From positions 1,088,001 through 1,152,000 of the forward strand of contig OY969695.1 in NCBI GenBank assembly GCA_963701965.1: a stretch of DNA of 64,000 bases, read 5' to 3'. Below are positions 59,962 to 64,000 of the stretch, one piece after another. The position numbers were made by a program, and so were the translations under genes. Position 1 is the first letter of the stretch; each line of letters begins with the position of its first letter. The notes under the pieces are model-generated. The model was not told the origin of the DNA and did no database searches. It worked only from the letters and a program-made list of their open reading frames with translations. This DNA is from an uncultured Gemmatimonadales bacterium. Lineage in GTDB: Bacteria > Gemmatimonadota > Gemmatimonadetes > Gemmatimonadales > Gemmatimonadaceae.

Positions 59962-62046
59962 ATGACAACCCTGCCCGTTATCGACCGCCGGTCGTTCCTG
60001 CAGATGGCGGCCAGCATTGGCGCCACCGCAATGTGGGGCGATACCTTGGCCGCGCTGTCCCTCACGCCGTGGCGCGAACGCCGCGATCTCTTCCCTGAAG
60101 GCGTGGCGTCCGGGGACCCGGACAGCCACTCCGTGTTGCTGTGGACCCGTCGTCCTCCTGCCGCCGGCGACGCCATCTCCAGCCTGCACGTCGAAATTGC
60201 GCGCGATGAGGCCTTCTCTCGCATCGTGGCGACCAGCACCGTCCCCATCTCCGCGGCGTCCGATTGGACGGCGCGCGTGCTGGTCGGCGGCCTCGCCCCC
60301 GCGACCGTGTATTGGTACCGGTTCAGCGATGCCAGTGGCGCGGGAAGCCGCATCGGACGCACGATGACCGCGCCGGCCGTCGACGACCCGCGGCCGGTCC
60401 GCTTTGTCTTCGTTTCCTGCCAGAACGTCAATCAGGGCGAGCAGCACGCGTACCGCCGCATGATCTACGAGGACGAACGCGCCGCGGAGGCGGATCGCAT
60501 CGGGTTCGTGCTGCACCTCGGCGATTTCATCTATGAGATCGTTTGGTATCCGGAAGACCGCCCGCAAGGGATGTACGATCGCAAGATCCGGGATGTCGTC
60601 CGCTATCCGAACGGCGAGAAGATCACCGACTTCCACGTCCCTACCAACGTCGAGGACTATCGCGCGGTCTACCGCGGATACCTGCATGACCCCGACCTCC
60701 AGGACGCGCGCGCCCGGTGGCCATTCGTCAACATGTGGGACAACCACGAGTTCAGTTGGCTCGGCTGGCAGTCGCTGCAGAAGTTTCAGGGCAAGACGCG
60801 GCCGGCACAGACGCGCAAGGTCGCGGCCAATCAAGCCTTCTTCGAGTATCAGCCCGCGCGGATCACCAAGGCCAGTGGACCGTCGCTGGCGCAGTTCGAT
60901 CCGCCGCACGTCGTCAATGCGCCGATCACCCGTTTCGACGAGCACGGGTTGGGACAGGAACCCAACAACCTGACCGCGATCGGCAGCCTCACCGGGTATC
61001 GCGCGCTGCGCTGGGGCCGCAACATGGAGCTGATCATCACCGATCAGCGCAGCTATCGCTCCGAGGAACCCACGACCCGGCCGGAGGCCGCAGGACTGTC
61101 CAGCGGCGACTTCCCGCAATTCCAGCCGGAAGAAGCGATGCAGATCCTCGACGCGGGCCGCACATACAACAATGGCCAGCCGCCGTCGACCATCCGCTTC
61201 GGGAGCGTGGAGATCCCGAACTTCACCAAGGACGCGCCGCCGCAGACGGTCTTAGGCGCCGAGCAAAAGGCTTGGTTCCTGGAACGCCTGCGGACCTCAG
61301 CCGCCACGTGGAAAATCTGGGGAAACACGACGACGACGCTCGAGGCGCGCGCCGATCTCCAGAACCTGCCACCAGGCATGGGCAAGCCGTGGCCCGTCCC
61401 CGGGTACGCGGCGTCTCCGCTGGCGGACTGGGGGAGCACCTACACCGAGCGGGGCGAGATCTACGACGCCGTACGGGCGCATGGGATCAGCGGCTTCGTG
61501 ACCGTCGCCGGAGACCGGCACAGCTTCTGGGCGGGCCTCGCCGCGAAGGCACTCCCGCCCAAACCCTTCGAACCCGTCGGCATCGCGTTCGCGACGGGCT
61601 CCATCTCGGCGCCGGGGGTCCAAGAAGCCCTCGAGCACGTGCTGCCCAAGGATCATCCCCTGCGGCCGCTGTACGTCGGTCAGGGACCGGCCGACCACAC
61701 GCCGCAACCCACGCTCAACATGCTGCTGCGTCACGGCGTGCGGTCGTGCCTCGAATACGCGCGGAGTGGGGATGTCGCCAAAGCGCGGGCCCTGTCCAAT
61801 CCCGACCTGGCGCCCCACGCCTCGTTCGTCGACATGGGCGGCCATGGGTATTCGGTCGTGCACGTCGCCAGCGACTTCATCGAGACCGAATTCGTGTGCA
61901 TTCCCCGCCCCGTCGAGCGCAACGAGGCGCCGGACGGCGGTCCGCTACTCTATCGCGTGGCCTTTCGCGCCGACCGGTGGGACAAGGGCGCGGTGCCCAC
62001 CCTCGCGATTCGGGTTCTCGACGGGGATCCCAAGTTTAGTGTGTGA
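59962..62046 (+). CDS. phoD: Alkaline phosphatase D family protein, Tat-exported
   Basis: DRRSFL, GVASGDP, HLGDFIYE, WDNHE, GDRH. Confidence 0.92.
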   Translation: MTTLPVIDRRSFLQMAASIGATAMWGDTLAALSLTPWRERRDLFPEGVASGDPDSHSVLLWTRRPPAAGDAISSLHVEIARDEAFSRIVATSTVPISAASDWTARVLVGGLAPATVYWYRFSDASGAGSRIGRTMTAPAVDDPRPVRFVFVSCQNVNQGEQHAYRRMIYEDERAAEADRIGFVLHLGDFIYEIVWYPEDRPQGMYDRKIRDVVRYPNGEKITDFHVPTNVEDYRAVYRGYLHDPDLQDARARWPFVNMWDNHEFSWLGWQSLQKFQGKTRPAQTRKVAANQAFFEYQPARITKASGPSLAQFDPPHVVNAPITRFDEHGLGQEPNNLTAIGSLTGYRALRWGRNMELIITDQRSYRSEEPTTRPEAAGLSSGDFPQFQPEEAMQILDAGRTYNNGQPPSTIRFGSVEIPNFTKDAPPQTVLGAEQKAWFLERLRTSAATWKIWGNTTTTLEARADLQNLPPGMGKPWPVPGYAASPLADWGSTYTERGEIYDAVRAHGISGFVTVAGDRHSFWAGLAAKALPPKPFEPVGIAFATGSISAPGVQEALEHVLPKDHPLRPLYVGQGPADHTPQPTLNMLLRHGVRSCLEYARSGDVAKARALSNPDLAPHASFVDMGGHGYSVVHVASDFIETEFVCIPRPVERNEAPDGGPLLYRVAFRADRWDKGAVPTLAIRVLDGDPKFSV

Positions 62047-62054
62047 TCTTCGGG

Positions 62055-62810
62055 TCAGTCCTCGAGCGTCGGCAACGTCGCGAGCACTTCGCGCGCGGCC
62101 GGCCGGTCGGTCACCAGATCGTCGCGACGGATCCGGCCATCGCGAAAGACGATTACGCGCTTGGCGAACTGCGCGATGTCCGGTTCGTGCGTCACCATCA
62201 CCACCGTCAGTCCGCGATCGTTCAGATCCTGGAAAATCGCCATGATTTCGACGGACGTCCGGCTGTCGAGGTTGCCGGTCGGTTCGTCGGCCACCAGAAT
62301 CGACGGTTCGTTGACCAAAGCACGAGCGATCGCCACGCGCTGCTGCTGCCCGCCGGACATCTGTGACGGAAAGTGTCCGGCGCGGTCGGCCAGGCCGACC
62401 ATCGCCAGGGCTTTCCCGGCCCGCTCCTGTCGCGCGCGCTTGTCGAGGCCTGCGTAGATCGCCGGCAGTTCCGTGTTTTCCAGAGCGGTCGTCCGCGCCA
62501 GCAAGTTGAACCCTTGGAACACGAACCCGAGCGTCCGATTCCGGATGCCGGCGAGCGTCCGTTTGTCCAGCGTCGAGACATCGATCCCCTCGAGGAGGTA
62601 GCGACCGGCGCTCGGTCGGTCGAGACACCCAATGATGTTCATGAGCGTCGATTTGCCGCTGCCGCTCGCCCCCATGATCGCCACGAATCCCCCCGGCTCG
62701 ACCGCGACGGAGACGCCGCGGAGCGCGTGGACCCGCGTTTCGCCAAGATCGTAGTACTTGTGGACGTCGTCGATCTGAATGACCGGACCATCGCCCGCGG
62801 GGTGCGTCAC
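62055..62810 (-). CDS. ABC transporter ATP-binding protein (MacB/LolD type)
   Basis: GASGSGKS, MSGGQQQR, ADEPTGNLD, VTHE. Confidence 0.95.
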   Translation of the reverse strand: MTHPAGDGPVIQIDDVHKYYDLGETRVHALRGVSVAVEPGGFVAIMGASGSGKSTLMNIIGCLDRPSAGRYLLEGIDVSTLDKRTLAGIRNRTLGFVFQGFNLLARTTALENTELPAIYAGLDKRARQERAGKALAMVGLADRAGHFPSQMSGGQQQRVAIARALVNEPSILVADEPTGNLDSRTSVEIMAIFQDLNDRGLTVVMVTHEPDIAQFAKRVIVFRDGRIRRDDLVTDRPAAREVLATLPTLED

Positions 62811-64000
62811 TAGCGCGGTGGGGCCGACGCGCCGCCGGGGAGCGCGGCACCCGTGATAACGTCATCGCCAGGCTCGAGCCGTCCCGTGACGATGGCGAGC
62901 ACCTGGGTCGTGGCGTGGTCCGTGATGCCGAGAGCGATGCGTACGGGCTCAATGGTGTTGTCGGCGTGCCGTTTCCAGACCACGCCATAGTCCGGCGAAG
63001 CGGTGTGCGAGTGACCCCGGCTCGCGGAGTCGGCGGTCGATCGCACCAGGATTGCCCGGGCGTCGTCGGTGAATCCGTACTTGGCGTACAGCGCGCGGAT
63101 GCGATCCGGCGACAGCGGCGGCCGGTACCGGAGCGCGCCGTTCGGTATCGCGACGACATTCTCGACGCTGGCCACGGGAATCGTGACGTACGCGGTCATG
63201 CCCGGAAACAATTTCCGCTCGGGATTGGCGAAATCAATGATCGCATCGTACGTCACGACGTTCTGCACCGTCGTCGCGTTCATGCGGATCTCGCTGACCA
63301 CGCCCTGAAATGTCTCCTTGGGAAACGCATCGACCTTGAACGTCACGACCTGCCGCAGGCGCACGCGTCCCACGTCCGACTCGTCGGTCTTGGCATAGAG
63401 CTGCATCTTGGTCAGATCCTGCGCGATCGTGAAGATCGTCGGTGCCTGGAGAGACGCCGCGACGGTCTGGCCGACGTCCACGTTGCGGGCGACGACGACG
63501 CCATCGATCGGGGAGCGGATCACCGTGTAGTCGAGGTTCGTCTGCGCCACCGCGACAGCCGCCGCTTTCATATTGACCTGGGCGCGCGCTTGGACAACGC
63601 CCGCGTCGGCGCTCGAGAGTGATGCTTTGGCGATATCATAGTTGGCTTTCGATGCGACCAGGGACTCCTTCGTCACGTAGTCTCTCGCGAGGAGCGGGAC
63701 ATTCCGGTCGTAGTCGTCCTTCATCTGGACCACCGTCGCCTGGGCTTTGTCCAGGTTCGCCTCGGCCGCCACCAGGTTCGCCTTCGCCCCGTCGAGATCC
63801 GCCACGGCCTGTTGCACCGCGCCCCGGAACAGCGCCGGGTCGATCAGCGCGATGATTTCGCCCGTGTGCACGGGATCATTGAAGTCGACATTCAGCTTCG
63901 AGATGGTCCCCGAGACCTGCGAGCCGACGAGCACGGTCTTGACGGCATTGATGGTCGCCGTGAGTTCGACCGCGTCGCGGATGGTGCCGCGCGCGACCTT
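62810..64000 (-). CDS. MacA-like efflux periplasmic adaptor (5' end outside window)
   Basis: VGSQVSG, IRSPIDG, GQTVAASLQAPT, QNVVTY. Confidence 0.92.
   Translation of the reverse strand, partial: KVARGTIRDAVELTATINAVKTVLVGSQVSGTISKLNVDFNDPVHTGEIIALIDPALFRGAVQQAVADLDGAKANLVAAEANLDKAQATVVQMKDDYDRNVPLLARDYVTKESLVASKANYDIAKASLSSADAGVVQARAQVNMKAAAVAVAQTNLDYTVIRSPIDGVVVARNVDVGQTVAASLQAPTIFTIAQDLTKMQLYAKTDESDVGRVRLRQVVTFKVDAFPKETFQGVVSEIRMNATTVQNVVTYDAIIDFANPERKLFPGMTAYVTIPVASVENVVAIPNGALRYRPPLSPDRIRALYAKYGFTDDARAILVRSTADSASRGHSHTASPDYGVVWKRHADNTIEPVRIALGITDHATTQVLAIVTGRLEPGDDVITGAALPGGASAPPR

Overview
High-GC, gene-dense core-chromosome window. The gene repertoire suggests Gemmatimonadota (inference). 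It holds about 55 CDS: many secreted peptidases and hydrolases, transporters (NRAMP, ZIP, CDF, EamA, MFS, APC, RND, MacAB-type), two-component proteins and catabolic enzymes. I saw no rRNA, tRNA, CRISPR or mobile element. The best candidate new system is a cysteine-sensing, ribosome-dependent transcription attenuator directly upstream of a siroheme sulfite/nitrite reductase. It consists of a leaderless Cys-Cys-x3-Cys leader peptide, an antiterminator pairing and an intrinsic terminator. Other points of interest: (1) a PLP D-amino-acid lyase in place of dgoD in a dgoK-dgoA operon; (2) a GNAT + NSAR/OSBS + D-peptidase fusion operon; (3) a PHM-like copper monooxygenase with an apparent His-to-Met ligand change; (4) a 15-bp box repeated three times around a FixL/FixJ-like pair; (5) pervasive leaderless promoters; (6) several apparent non-canonical starts. 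Seven frameshifts can all be repaired by the same change (GAAT to GAT on the + strand) and are probably sequencing errors.
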